The notes beneath the pieces were generated by a model. It saw only the letters and a list, made by a program, of their open reading frames with translations. It was not told where the DNA came from and made no database searches. Source: Alphaproteobacteria bacterium (GTDB taxonomy: Bacteria; Pseudomonadota; Alphaproteobacteria; UBA7887). From it: DNA of 64,000 bases. Below are positions 30,865 to 40,699 of the stretch, in pieces. A program made the position numbers and the translations under genes. Every line of letters begins with the position of its first letter. The stretch's first letter is position 1. Location: the NCBI GenBank assembly GCA_965216755.1, contig CBDCGL010000011.1:3904001-3968000 (forward strand). The letters are read 5' to 3'.

Positions 30865-31128
30865 CGAGGATCCTCGGGGCTGGGACGCACGTACGCGAAC
30901 AATAGAACAGCGTCGCTGCGTTTCACATAAGCGTCTGCCCGATATGTGTCAACGCGTGGCGCGAACAAGCGCTCAGGCTTTCTCGTTGTTGCGTGCTGGC
31001 GGCCCTGGAGTCACCGCTCTTGTCCGACCAAATCTGTTTCGGCATGATGCCGCCCCTGGCGCCGACGTGGCCGGCGTTTTTTCCAATGCGACAAGACTTT
31101 GTGCGGCGATTCGGAAACTGGACCGGCG

Positions 31129-32361
31129 ATGACTGAGCGCTCTCCCCTTGCATCTGCGCAATTTCCCGAGATGGCTCCCGTGCGCGGCGTGCGCATGGCG
31201 GCAACGGCCTGCGGATTGCGCTATCGCGACCGCACCGACTTGATGCTGGCGACATTCGATCCTGGTACCGCTGTCGCCGGCGTGTTCACGCGTTCGACCA
31301 CGGCGTCCGCGCCCGTCGATTGGTGCCGCGAAATTATCGATCAGGGTCGGGCGCGCGCATTGGTCGTCAATTCCGGAAACGCCAACGCGTTCACTGGCGC
31401 GGCGGGCGCGCTATCGGTGCGGCAAACGGTAGATGCCACCGCGGCGCTGGTCGGATGTGCCGGGCAAGAGGTGTACGTGGCGTCGACTGGCGTGATCGGT
31501 GAACCGCTAGATGCCGCGAAGATCGTCGATTCGCTGCACGATCTAAAGAAATCGCAGCGCGAAGACGCGTGGCGCGAGGCGGCGGCCGCGATCATGACCA
31601 CCGATACGTTTCCCAAGGGCGCCAGCCGCAGCGCGCTGTTGGGCGACCGCACGGTGACCATCAGCGGTGTTGCCAAGGGGTCAGGCATGATCGCGCCGAA
31701 CATGGCGACGATGCTGGCGTTTTTGTTTACCGACGCGCACCTACCGGCGGAAGTGTTGCGGGACCTTCTGTTGGACGCCAATAGCCGGTCTTTCAACGCG
31801 ATTACTGTCGACAGTGATACATCGACGAGCGATACCGTGTTGTTGTTCGCCACGGGTGCGGCCGAGAATGCGCCCGCGCCCGGGTCGATGACCGCGCCCG
31901 AACTTCAGGCTTTTCGTGCCGCGCTGGAAGAAACGATGATCGACCTCGCCCAACAAATCGTGCGCGATGGCGAAGGCGCGTCGAAATTTATCACGATCAC
32001 GGTCACACGCGCCGAATCAGACGAGTCCGCCCACAAGATCGCCTTGGCGATCGCCAATTCGCCGCTTGTGAAGACCGCAATCGCCGGCGAGGATGCCAAT
32101 TGGGGACGGATCGTCATGGCCGTGGGCAAGGCCGGTGAACCGGCGCGCCGAGACAGCATCGAAATCCGCATCGGCGGCACACTGATCACCGAACAAGGCG
32201 CGGCCCGGCCCGACTATGACGAACGGCCTGTCGCGGCGCATATGAAAGGCCGCGAAATTGCCATTGATGTCGCGGTTGGGGTCGGCGACGGACACGCCAC
32301 CGTGTGGACCTGCGATTTGACCCACGGCTACATCAGTATTAACGCCGATTACCGGTCATAG
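31129..32361 (+). CDS. argJ: Bifunctional ornithine acetyltransferase/N-acetylglutamate synthase
   Basis: NSGNANA, KGSGMIAPNMATML, DSDTSTSD, RDGEGA, INADYRS. Confidence 0.97.
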   Translation: MTERSPLASAQFPEMAPVRGVRMAATACGLRYRDRTDLMLATFDPGTAVAGVFTRSTTASAPVDWCREIIDQGRARALVVNSGNANAFTGAAGALSVRQTVDATAALVGCAGQEVYVASTGVIGEPLDAAKIVDSLHDLKKSQREDAWREAAAAIMTTDTFPKGASRSALLGDRTVTISGVAKGSGMIAPNMATMLAFLFTDAHLPAEVLRDLLLDANSRSFNAITVDSDTSTSDTVLLFATGAAENAPAPGSMTAPELQAFRAALEETMIDLAQQIVRDGEGASKFITITVTRAESDESAHKIALAIANSPLVKTAIAGEDANWGRIVMAVGKAGEPARRDSIEIRIGGTLITEQGAARPDYDERPVAAHMKGREIAIDVAVGVGDGHATVWTCDLTHGYISINADYRS

Positions 32362-32370
32362 GCGCCCGCA

Positions 32371-33369
32371 TTGCGTGACGACGCGCCCGTGACAACGGAT
32401 TCAGGCGGCGCTTCTTTCGCGCCGTTGCAGACCGCGCGATTGGACCTGCGGCGCCTGGAATTGGCGGACATCGATACGGTCCACAGGATAGCCGGTGACG
32501 TACGCGTGGCGCGGTTCTTGGCTCGCATGCCCTATCCGCTCGCCCGGTCGGCGGTGCATCGCTGGATCGAGGGCAGTCACAAGGAGATGGCCGCTGGCGC
32601 CGGCTTCACGTTTGCCTGTTGGCGGCGCGCGGACGGCACGTTTCTGGGCTGTGCGTCGCTGACCATTGCGTCGGGTGATTTGAGCGGAGAGCTCGGCTAT
32701 TGGCTCGATCCGGCACATTGGGGCCATGGTTATGCGTCAGAAGCAGTGTCGTATTTGGTCGGTTTGGCGTTCCGCAGTTTTGGGTTGCGGCGGGTGTGGG
32801 CTGCGGCCCATTGCGACAATGCCGCCTCTCACAGAGTGTTGGAGACCGCTGGGATGACCACTATCGGCAGCGGCAGACTCGCTTTTCAAGCCTCTGGCGA
32901 GACCGCAGCGGTGCGGATCTACCAACTGACCCGCGATGCAGCGGTTGCCAGCCGGCCGCCACATCGGTCGGTTGTCTTCGTCAGCGCGCTGGCCATGATT
33001 GACGGCGAAGATAGGGTGTTGGTGGCGGAACGCCCGGCGGGCAAAGCTATGGCGGGGCTATGGGAGTTTCCGGGCGGCAAAGTTCATGTGGGCGAGACCG
33101 CGCGGCGCGCCCTGGTCCGCGAGATTCGCGAAGAGTTGGCGGTCGAATTGACCGTGGATTCGTTGATTCCGTTGACTATCGCATCGCACCGCTATGACCA
33201 CTTCCACCTGTTGATGCCGCTTTTTGTGTGCCGTATCTGGGGCGGCATGCCGGCGCCACGTGAGGGGCAGAAGTTGTCATGGGTGTCGATCGACAAATTG
33301 TCATCGCTGTCGATGCCGGCCGCTGATGCGCCGCTGGTTGCAACCTTAGGCACCGCCCTCTGTGGGTGA
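32371..33369 (+). CDS. RimJ/RimL GNAT acetyltransferase fused to MutT-type NUDIX hydrolase
   Basis: ELGYWL..WGHGYASEA and NAASHRVLE; then GLWEFPGGKV..REIREEL Nudix box, MPAAD. Confidence 0.88.
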   Translation: MRDDAPVTTDSGGASFAPLQTARLDLRRLELADIDTVHRIAGDVRVARFLARMPYPLARSAVHRWIEGSHKEMAAGAGFTFACWRRADGTFLGCASLTIASGDLSGELGYWLDPAHWGHGYASEAVSYLVGLAFRSFGLRRVWAAAHCDNAASHRVLETAGMTTIGSGRLAFQASGETAAVRIYQLTRDAAVASRPPHRSVVFVSALAMIDGEDRVLVAERPAGKAMAGLWEFPGGKVHVGETARRALVREIREELAVELTVDSLIPLTIASHRYDHFHLLMPLFVCRIWGGMPAPREGQKLSWVSIDKLSSLSMPAADAPLVATLGTALCG

Positions 33370-34266
33370 GTCGCGCGGCGCGCGCGTCGGTGGGTCCTTG
33401 GCCAAGGCGTCTGTCAAGCGCGCCGTGGCCGTGCCCGGTTGTAGCGCCTGTGGTTGCGACGGGTGCGGCGCCCACCCGGTTAAGGTGATGATCTCGAACG
33501 TAACCGGGACCCGGCCGCTTCGGTCACTGTGACGGCTTTGGTAAAGACCGGCGGCCCCCAGCATGGCGTCGCGACGCGCGAATCGGCGTGGTCGGTCAAC
33601 CAGGGCATTGGCCTGGCCCATGCCGCGCAAGTCGCGCATCACTGCCAAGGCGTCTGGATAGCTGGCGCTGATGCTGTCGGAATCGACGACCGGGAGCGCA
33701 AATCCGGCGCGCTGTAGCAGCATGCCAAGGGTCTGCACGGTGGCGAAGGGTGCGATTCGCGGCGGCACGCCGGCCCCCAGCGTTGCGTCGGCATCGATGA
33801 AGGCGGCGCGCAAGTCGGCCAGGCTGTCGCCACCGAGAAGGGCGGCGATCATCAAACCGTCGGGCTTCAGGCAGCGCCGGATCTGTATCAGCGTGCCAGG
33901 CAGATCGTTGACCCAATGCAAGTTCAACACACTCAGGACGAGATCAAACGCCGCCGACCGAAAGGGCAATCGTTCCTCGTCGACGACCAACCGAACGCCA
34001 TATGCGCACCCGACCATGGCTTCCGACAGATCGCACTGCACAATATGGGTTATGCCATGCTGGCCGTTCAGGCGCGCGCGCAACAGGCCTGTGTGACAGC
34101 CAAGGTCTAGGACGCGCGGAAACCGTCGGTCGATATCGTTGAGGCGATCCGCGACGCGATCAGCGACCTCGGCGACGAGGAAATCATGGTTGGCAAAATC
34201 CGCGGCGGCGCGATCGCGATGGCGCCGGACCGCCCGACGATCAAAGATCACAGCGCGCTCAGCCAT
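33346..34266 (-). CDS. SAM-dependent methyltransferase (BioC/NDUFAF5-like)
   Basis: IFDRRAVRRHRDRA, LDLGCHTG, LHWVNDLPG, LQRAGFALPVVD; divergent from the ComF gene. Confidence 0.9.
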   Translation of the reverse strand: MAERAVIFDRRAVRRHRDRAAADFANHDFLVAEVADRVADRLNDIDRRFPRVLDLGCHTGLLRARLNGQHGITHIVQCDLSEAMVGCAYGVRLVVDEERLPFRSAAFDLVLSVLNLHWVNDLPGTLIQIRRCLKPDGLMIAALLGGDSLADLRAAFIDADATLGAGVPPRIAPFATVQTLGMLLQRAGFALPVVDSDSISASYPDALAVMRDLRGMGQANALVDRPRRFARRDAMLGAAGLYQSRHSDRSGRVPVTFEIITLTGWAPHPSQPQALQPGTATARLTDALAKDPPTRAPRDSPTEGGA

Positions 34267-34312
34267 GGCATATTTATCGCCCATCATCGACAAACGCACC
34301 ATGGGGACCCGG

Positions 34313-35089
34313 ATGAACGATCAATTGGGTGGTTTGGCCCGAACCTGGGGCCATCGTGCCGTGACCGGGTTTCTGGACCTTCTGCTGCCGCCTCATTGCA
34401 TCGCATGTGGCCGTCAGATTACCGGTGAACGTGGTCTGTGCGGCACGTGTTGGTCGACCATCGACTTCATTGGCGCGCCCATGTGTGTCCGCTGTGGATT
34501 GCCCTTCGACCACGACCCTGGTGGTGTTGCTCTCTGTGGGTCCTGTGCCGCGGAGCCACCCGTTTTTGACTCCGCGCGCGCGGTGATGCGCTATGACGAC
34601 ATCCCGGCGGCACTTGTCATCGGCCTCAAGCATCGTGATCGCACTGATTTGGCGCCCACCCTGGCGATGTGGTTGGCGCGGGCAGGTGGCCCGTTGATCG
34701 GTGAATCGGACATTGTTGTCCCGGTCCCCTTGCATCGGCGGCGCCTGTGGGCACGCCGCTACAATCAGTCGGCGTTGTTGGCCTTTGCGTTGGCCCGCTG
34801 CGCGCGCCGCGATGGCCGTGGCATTCGCGTCGTGCCTGACGCGTTGCGGCGCGATCGTGCGACCCGCTCTCAGGGCGGGCTGGGGCGCGGCAAGCGGTTT
34901 GAAAATGTCCGCGGCGCGTTTTCGGTGGCGTCGCGCCATGAGTCGGCAATTGCCGGCCGCCGCGTGCTGCTGATCGATGACGTCATGACCACGGGCGCCA
35001 CTGTCGCGGCGTGTGCCGCGGCGTTGCGCGGTTCCGGTGCGGAGGCCGTGAATGTTCTGGTGCTGGCCCGTGTTTTGAGCGCGGCATAG
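34313..35089 (+). CDS. comF: ComF family amidophosphoribosyltransferase-like protein
   Basis: Double zinc ribbon, VPVPLH..RRYNQS, LLIDDVMTTGAT. Confidence 0.92.
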   Translation: MNDQLGGLARTWGHRAVTGFLDLLLPPHCIACGRQITGERGLCGTCWSTIDFIGAPMCVRCGLPFDHDPGGVALCGSCAAEPPVFDSARAVMRYDDIPAALVIGLKHRDRTDLAPTLAMWLARAGGPLIGESDIVVPVPLHRRRLWARRYNQSALLAFALARCARRDGRGIRVVPDALRRDRATRSQGGLGRGKRFENVRGAFSVASRHESAIAGRRVLLIDDVMTTGATVAACAAALRGSGAEAVNVLVLARVLSAA

Positions 35090-35161
35090 CAATGCTGGAA
35101 TTGCATTGTAAAATCAGTCTAAAGAATAACATGATGGCGACGATCGACAACGGGTACGTGC

Positions 35162-35422
35162 ATGGCCGATATTGTAATGTATAGCAATGCCTTCTGCCCC
35201 TTCTGCATGCGCGCGCGGCAATTGTTCAAGGCAAAAGGCGTGGCCTTTGAGGAGATCGATATCTTGGCGCAACCGCGCCGACGGCAAGAGATGCTGGAAC
35301 GCGCCGGCGGCCGCACCTCGGTGCCGCAAATCTTTATTGACGATCAGCATATCGGCGGATCGGACGAACTGGTCGCGTTGGACCGCGCCGGGCGGCTGGA
35401 CGGCCTGTTGGGCCTGGACTAA
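35162..35422 (+). CDS. grxC: Glutaredoxin 3
   Basis: CPFC, TSVPQIFI, IGGSDEL. Confidence 0.95.
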   Translation: MADIVMYSNAFCPFCMRARQLFKAKGVAFEEIDILAQPRRRQEMLERAGGRTSVPQIFIDDQHIGGSDELVALDRAGRLDGLLGLD

Positions 35423-35434
35423 GGGGGCGAGGGC

Positions 35435-36283
35435 GTGGGTGCGTCATTGACCGTTGGTTTGGTACAGCTGACCAGCACACCGGATTTGGCGGCCACGGTG
35501 GCCCATGCCTGCGGATGCATCCAAGACGCCGCTGTCGCAGGGGCGCAGTTGGTGCTATTGCCGGAAAACGCGGCGATGATGGGGCGCGAACGGGAGGTGC
35601 GCGCCGCCGCCGCAAACGAGGCGGATCATCCGGCGTTGGCCGCGTTTCGCGCGGCGGCGACGGACGCTGGCGTTTGGCTTTTGGCGGGCTCGGTTGCCGT
35701 GCCCGCGGGCGACGGCCGCCTCCATAATCGGTCGATCCTGTTCGACGAACACGGCCGGCGGGTCGCCCATTACGACAAGATCCACATGTTCGACGTCGAT
35801 CTGGCAAACGGCGAACGCTATCGCGAGTCCGCCAATTTCGCGCCGGGCGGCGCGGCTTGCATGGCACAGACGCCGTGGGGGCGTCTGGGCATGACCGTGT
35901 GCTACGATTTGCGCTTTCCCCATCTGTTTCGAGCCTTGGCGCAAGCCGGTGCGGCGCTGATCAGCGTGCCATCGGCGTTCACCCGACCAACCGGGGCCGC
36001 CCACTGGCACGTTTTGCTGCGCGCGCGGGCGATCGAAACCGGTTGTTTCATATTGGCGCCCGCCCAATGCGGTCGTCACTATGGACGCCGCGAGACCTAT
36101 GGTCATTCTCTGGTCGTCGATCCTTGGGGCGAGATCGTCGCGGAAGCCGGCGAGACGCCAGAGTTGTTGGTGACGACGCTCGATCTCACCCGAATCGGTG
36201 CGGCGCGGGCCATGGTGGCGAGCCTCGATCACGACCGACCGTTTACGCCGCCCAATCATTCGCCACTTAAGGCTGCGGAATAG
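35435..36283 (+). CDS. Carbon-nitrogen hydrolase (Nit1-like)
   Basis: LPE, YDKIHMFDV, VCYDLRFP, RARAIETG, TYGHS. Confidence 0.94.
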   Translation: MGASLTVGLVQLTSTPDLAATVAHACGCIQDAAVAGAQLVLLPENAAMMGREREVRAAAANEADHPALAAFRAAATDAGVWLLAGSVAVPAGDGRLHNRSILFDEHGRRVAHYDKIHMFDVDLANGERYRESANFAPGGAACMAQTPWGRLGMTVCYDLRFPHLFRALAQAGAALISVPSAFTRPTGAAHWHVLLRARAIETGCFILAPAQCGRHYGRRETYGHSLVVDPWGEIVAEAGETPELLVTTLDLTRIGAARAMVASLDHDRPFTPPNHSPLKAAE

Positions 36284-36848
36284 GTTGCACCTCTGGCGCG
36301 GTCGCCGCGCGTACGGCGACGATGCGTTGCACGCAGCTTGGCCGCGGTGCGCCGGTGGTGACGTCTTCGTAGGCGACGACGCGCAACTGTCCGCGCACGA
36401 CGTCCAGCAATTCGCCCGGAAGCAGCAGGTGGTCCGGGTTGCGCGGCCGCCCGAAGCGCTCATTGCCGCGCGCAAATGTCTCGTAGAAGAGAACACCGCC
36501 CTGCGCGACGGCCGCGACTATGTCAGACAATATGGGGCGGTACAGATAGTTGCAGACCACAACGCCGGCAAAGATAGCGTCGCCGAGCGGCCAGGGTCGA
36601 CCATCCTCCAGATCGACGGTCACGGCGTTGAACCGCGCGTCGTCGAGTTCCTCAAATCCGGTCAGGTCACGGTCGACAGCGGTCACCGGGTGGCCGCGAT
36701 CACGGAAAAAGCGGCTATGACGACCGGCGCCGCAGGCAACGTCAAGGACCGGGCCTGTTGGTGGTACAAGTTGCGCGAAACGGGTGACCCAGGGGGAAGG
36801 TGCCACGGCGCCATGTGGCGCCCGGGCTAAATGCCGATCGGCGGCCAT
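36267..36848 (-). CDS. Class I SAM-dependent methyltransferase
   Basis: PSPWV, VLDVACGAGRH, NYLYRP, YETF..GRPRNPDHLL. Confidence 0.88.
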   Translation of the reverse strand: MAADRHLARAPHGAVAPSPWVTRFAQLVPPTGPVLDVACGAGRHSRFFRDRGHPVTAVDRDLTGFEELDDARFNAVTVDLEDGRPWPLGDAIFAGVVVCNYLYRPILSDIVAAVAQGGVLFYETFARGNERFGRPRNPDHLLLPGELLDVVRGQLRVVAYEDVTTGAPRPSCVQRIVAVRAATAPEVQPIPQP

Positions 36849-36938
36849 GGCGTCTTGCAGGTTTGACAGGTTGTGGTCATTTGGGCGACAAGAAGATCTG
36901 TTGAATTGCGCGCAGCGCGTGAGGTCTGAAAAGGGCGC

Positions 36939-37391
36939 ATGATCTTATTCGATCTGAAATGTGGCAACGACCATACATTTGAAGCGTGGTTTCGCGACGG
37001 CGCCACATTCGAGGCCCAGGCCGCGCAAGGTGAAATCGCGTGCCCGCTTTGCGCCGACACATCGGTCGAGAAAGCGCCGATGGCGCCGAATATCGCCCGG
37101 GCCAAGGGCGGCGGGTCGGGATCCGCGGAACAGGCGTTGCAGACTTTGCCGCCTGAAGCCAAGCGTCATCTTGGCGAATTTCGTGAGCGTCTCACGGCGC
37201 TGCGGAAGGAGATTGAAAAGAATTCGCACTATGTCGGCCCCAAGTTCGCCGAGGAAGCGCGCAAGATCCATTACGGCGAAGTCGACCACCGCAATATTCA
37301 CGGCGAGGCCAGCAACGAAGAGGCGCGTGAAATGTCGGACGAGGGCATTCCGTTTGTTGTGGTGCCATGGATTTCGCGCGGCGACAGCTGA
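36939..37391 (+). CDS. DUF1178 family protein
   Basis: MILFDLKC..HTFEAWF, CPLC, KAPMAP, VGPKFAEEARKIHYGE. Confidence 0.92.
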   Translation: MILFDLKCGNDHTFEAWFRDGATFEAQAAQGEIACPLCADTSVEKAPMAPNIARAKGGGSGSAEQALQTLPPEAKRHLGEFRERLTALRKEIEKNSHYVGPKFAEEARKIHYGEVDHRNIHGEASNEEAREMSDEGIPFVVVPWISRGDS

Positions 37392-37404
37392 ATATTGGGG
37401 AAAT

Positions 37405-38190
37405 CTACACCCGGCTCAGCGAGGGCCTGGACGCCGCGATCAAGTAATTGACGCCGACATCGGCGCTGAGGTGCCAATGATTGGCCAGCGGATTGAATGC
37501 CATTCCCTGGATCTCGTCGACCAACAGACCAGCCCGAGTCAGGGCGCCGGCGAACTCAGCTGGTTTGACGAACTTTGACCATTTGTGGGTGCCGCGCGGC
37601 AGCCAGCGCAGCACATATTCCGCGCCCACGATGGCCATTCCAAAGGCTTTTGCTGTGCGATTGAGCGTTGAGGCGATCGCGATCCCGCCGGGCGCGACAC
37701 AGGCCGCCGCCGCGCGCGCGAAGGCCGAAAAATCGGCGACATGTTCGACGATCTCCAGGCAAAGAACGGCATCGAAATTTTCCCCGGCGGCGACGATATC
37801 GTCGACCGTTACATTATGGTAGGCGATATCGAGGCCGGTCTTGGCGGCATGGGCACGGGCCACGGCGATATTGCGCGTCGACGCGTCGATGCCGGTCACT
37901 GCCGCGCCAAGGCGCGCCACGGGTTCGCAGAGCAAACCGCCGCCACAGCCGATGTCGAGCACGGTTAAGCCGTCAAGCGCGCGCGGTGCTTCGACATCGC
38001 GCGCGAATCGCGCGGCGATATGGTCTCGGATATAGCGCAGGCGAAGCGGATTCATGCGATGCAACGGCGCCATCGGTCCGTCGGTATCCCACCAGGTTGC
38101 CGCCATTGCATCGAATTGGGCTATTTCCCGTGGGTCCACTGTTGATGACCCAACATGGCCTTTCGGTTGGGCCGAGATGTCATCCTTCAT
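37405..38190 (-). CDS. ubiG: Ubiquinone biosynthesis O-methyltransferase
   Basis: WWD..PLHRMNPLRL, LDIGCGGGLL, EIVEHV, AEYVLRWLPRGTH. Confidence 0.96.
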   Translation of the reverse strand: MKDDISAQPKGHVGSSTVDPREIAQFDAMAATWWDTDGPMAPLHRMNPLRLRYIRDHIAARFARDVEAPRALDGLTVLDIGCGGGLLCEPVARLGAAVTGIDASTRNIAVARAHAAKTGLDIAYHNVTVDDIVAAGENFDAVLCLEIVEHVADFSAFARAAAACVAPGGIAIASTLNRTAKAFGMAIVGAEYVLRWLPRGTHKWSKFVKPAEFAGALTRAGLLVDEIQGMAFNPLANHWHLSADVGVNYLIAASRPSLSRV

Positions 38191-38342
38191 CGCTCTGCAT
38201 CCTCCAATTGGCCAAGTGCCCGACTTGCGCGGTTAACGGGCCGCAAGTATCTATAAGAGCACGGTTGACGACAACGGCACCCGCGCATTCACGGTTCGTG
38301 GTGCGTGCGTCTTTGCGAAACAGCGGCGCGAAAATGTAAGCC

Positions 38343-39563
38343 ATGGCGCGTATTGTTCAGAAGTTCGGCGGCACATCGGTCGGTGATATCGAACGTATTC
38401 GCAATGTGGCGCGGACGGTGCAGCGGGCCGCGATGGCCGGTGACCAGATTGCCGTGGTGGTCTCGGCGATGGCCGGCACGACCAATCAGCTTGCCGATTG
38501 GGCTCTGGAAATCGCACCGCTCGCCGACACGCGTGAATATGATGTGGTCGTTGCGGCAGGCGAACAAATCACCGCGGGCCTGCTGGCAATCGCTTTGCAA
38601 GATATGGGGCTGGTGGCGCGCTCGTGGCTGGCTTGGCAGCTGCCATTCAGAACCGACGGCATGCATGGTAAGGCGCGAATCGGCGAAATCGGTGTCGATC
38701 AACTGGATACGCGGCTGGCGGCGGGCGAGATTGCCGTGGTCGCCGGGTTTCAGGGATTGGGCCCACGCGACCGCTTGACCACCCTGGGGCGGGGTGGTTC
38801 CGACGCCTCGGCGGTGGCGCTGGCGGCCGCTCTTGGCGCTGATCGCTGCGACATTTTTACCGATGTCGATGGCGTCTATACATGCGATCCGCGGCTCGTT
38901 GCCAAGGCGCGGAAGCTTGATAAGATCGCCTACGAGGAAATGCTTGAGCTTGCCTCGCAAGGCGCAAAGGTGCTGCAGACCCGGTCGGTGGCGTTGGCCA
39001 TGCGCCACGGTGTGGTGGTGCAGGTGCGGTCAAGTTTCGACGATGTTCCGGGGACACTTCTGGTCGATGAGGATGATACCATGGAGCAAGAGGTTGTCAG
39101 CGGCATCGCCTACAGCCGGGACGAAGCCAAGGTCAATTTGATCGGCATGGCCGATCGGCCGGGTATTGCGGCGCGGATCTTTGGGCCGCTCGCCGAAGCC
39201 AACGTCAATGTCGATATGATTGTGCAAAACGCTTCGGACGATGGTCGATCTGCGGATATCACGTTTACCGTGACCAAGGGCGATCTGGAGCGGGCGGTGG
39301 CGACGCTGGAACCACTGCGTGAAGAACTCGGTTTTCGAGAGCTGCTGTTTGACGCGGACGTGGTCAAAGTGTCGGTGATCGGAGTCGGCATGCGTAGTCA
39401 TGCCGGTGTCGCCCAAAAGATGTTTCAGACACTGGCCGACCGCGGCATCAACATCCAAGTTATCTCAACATCGGAGATCAAGGTCAGCGTGCTGATCAGC
39501 GAAGAATATACCGAACTTGCCCTGCGTTCATTGCACACTGCCTATGGTTTGGACGCCGCCTAG
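38343..39563 (+). CDS. lysC: Aspartate kinase
   Basis: VQKFGGTSVG, TTLGRGGSD, TDVDGVY, two ACT domains, STSEIK. Confidence 0.96.
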   Translation: MARIVQKFGGTSVGDIERIRNVARTVQRAAMAGDQIAVVVSAMAGTTNQLADWALEIAPLADTREYDVVVAAGEQITAGLLAIALQDMGLVARSWLAWQLPFRTDGMHGKARIGEIGVDQLDTRLAAGEIAVVAGFQGLGPRDRLTTLGRGGSDASAVALAAALGADRCDIFTDVDGVYTCDPRLVAKARKLDKIAYEEMLELASQGAKVLQTRSVALAMRHGVVVQVRSSFDDVPGTLLVDEDDTMEQEVVSGIAYSRDEAKVNLIGMADRPGIAARIFGPLAEANVNVDMIVQNASDDGRSADITFTVTKGDLERAVATLEPLREELGFRELLFDADVVKVSVIGVGMRSHAGVAQKMFQTLADRGINIQVISTSEIKVSVLISEEYTELALRSLHTAYGLDAA

Positions 39564-39631
39564 CCTGATCGTCTCTGTCGCGGCCGATTGCCTTGAATCG
39601 ATCCGATGCCCCGCTCTGTCAATGGTCCGCT

Positions 39632-40699
39632 ATGCGCGCTGATATTAACCAAGAGATGCCCGGTTACCGGCGCCTGGAACGGCTCTGGCGGCGCGGCTGC
39701 GCGTTGCTCGGCGCCGAATATGGAGTGCTGGGCGGCGCCATGTCGTGGATCTCGAACCATCAATTGGTGGCCGCCATATCCAACGCGGGCGGCTTTGGTG
39801 TCATCGCATGCGGTTCGATGGGGCCAGATCTCTTGGCGGCGGAAATCGAAGCGACGCGGGGTCTGACGGATCGACCTTTCGGCGTCAATTTGATCACGAT
39901 GCACCCTGAGCTTCTGGATCTGATCGATGTGTGCGGCGCTCAGAACGTGAGCCATGTGGTGTTGGCGGGCGGCCTGCCGCCGTCGGCCGCGATCAACCGT
40001 ATCAAGGATCGGGGCGCGCGTGTCTTGTGCTTTGCTCCGGCGTTGGTCTTGGCGAAAAAGCTGATCCGCATGGGGGTCGACGCCCTGATCATCGAGGGCA
40101 TGGAGGCCGGCGGCCATATTGGGCCGGTCGCGACCAGTGTGCTCGCCCAGGAAATTCTGCCCCATATCAGCGACGTGCCGATTTTCGTCGCCGGCGGCAT
40201 CGGCCGCGGCGAGGCCATTGCGTCTTATCTGGAAATGGGGGCCGCCGGTTGCCAGCTTGGTACACGGTTTGTGTGCGCGGATGAATCGATCGCTCATCCG
40301 GATTTTAAGAAAGCGATGATTCGGGCCAATGCGCGTGATGCCCAAACCAGTGTTCAGCTGGACCCGAAGTTTCCGGTTATCCCGGTGCGCGCCTTGACCA
40401 ATGACGCGACGCGCGCATTTGTCGCGCTGCAAAAGGACGTGATCGATCGTTATCGCGCCGGACAAATCAATCAAAATGCGGCGCAGTTGGAGATCGAGCA
40501 TTTCTGGGTCGGCGCATTGCGTCGCGCGGTGATCGACGGTGATTTGGAACATGGCTCGATGATGGCCGGTCAAAGCGTCGCATTTGTCACCAAGCCGCAG
40601 TCAACCGCGGAGATTATCGGCGAGTTGGTGAACCAAGCCGCAGCCGCCTTGGCGGCGCGCGGCGAGGCGATAGAAACGCCCGCCGAGGCAATCGTCTGA
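39632..40699 (+). CDS. Nitronate monooxygenase/FabK-like flavin oxidoreductase
   Basis: GGAMSW, AISNAGGFG, EGMEAGGHIG, AGGI, SMMAGQS. Start uncertain. Confidence 0.88.
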   Translation: MRADINQEMPGYRRLERLWRRGCALLGAEYGVLGGAMSWISNHQLVAAISNAGGFGVIACGSMGPDLLAAEIEATRGLTDRPFGVNLITMHPELLDLIDVCGAQNVSHVVLAGGLPPSAAINRIKDRGARVLCFAPALVLAKKLIRMGVDALIIEGMEAGGHIGPVATSVLAQEILPHISDVPIFVAGGIGRGEAIASYLEMGAAGCQLGTRFVCADESIAHPDFKKAMIRANARDAQTSVQLDPKFPVIPVRALTNDATRAFVALQKDVIDRYRAGQINQNAAQLEIEHFWVGALRRAVIDGDLEHGSMMAGQSVAFVTKPQSTAEIIGELVNQAAAALAARGEAIETPAEAIV

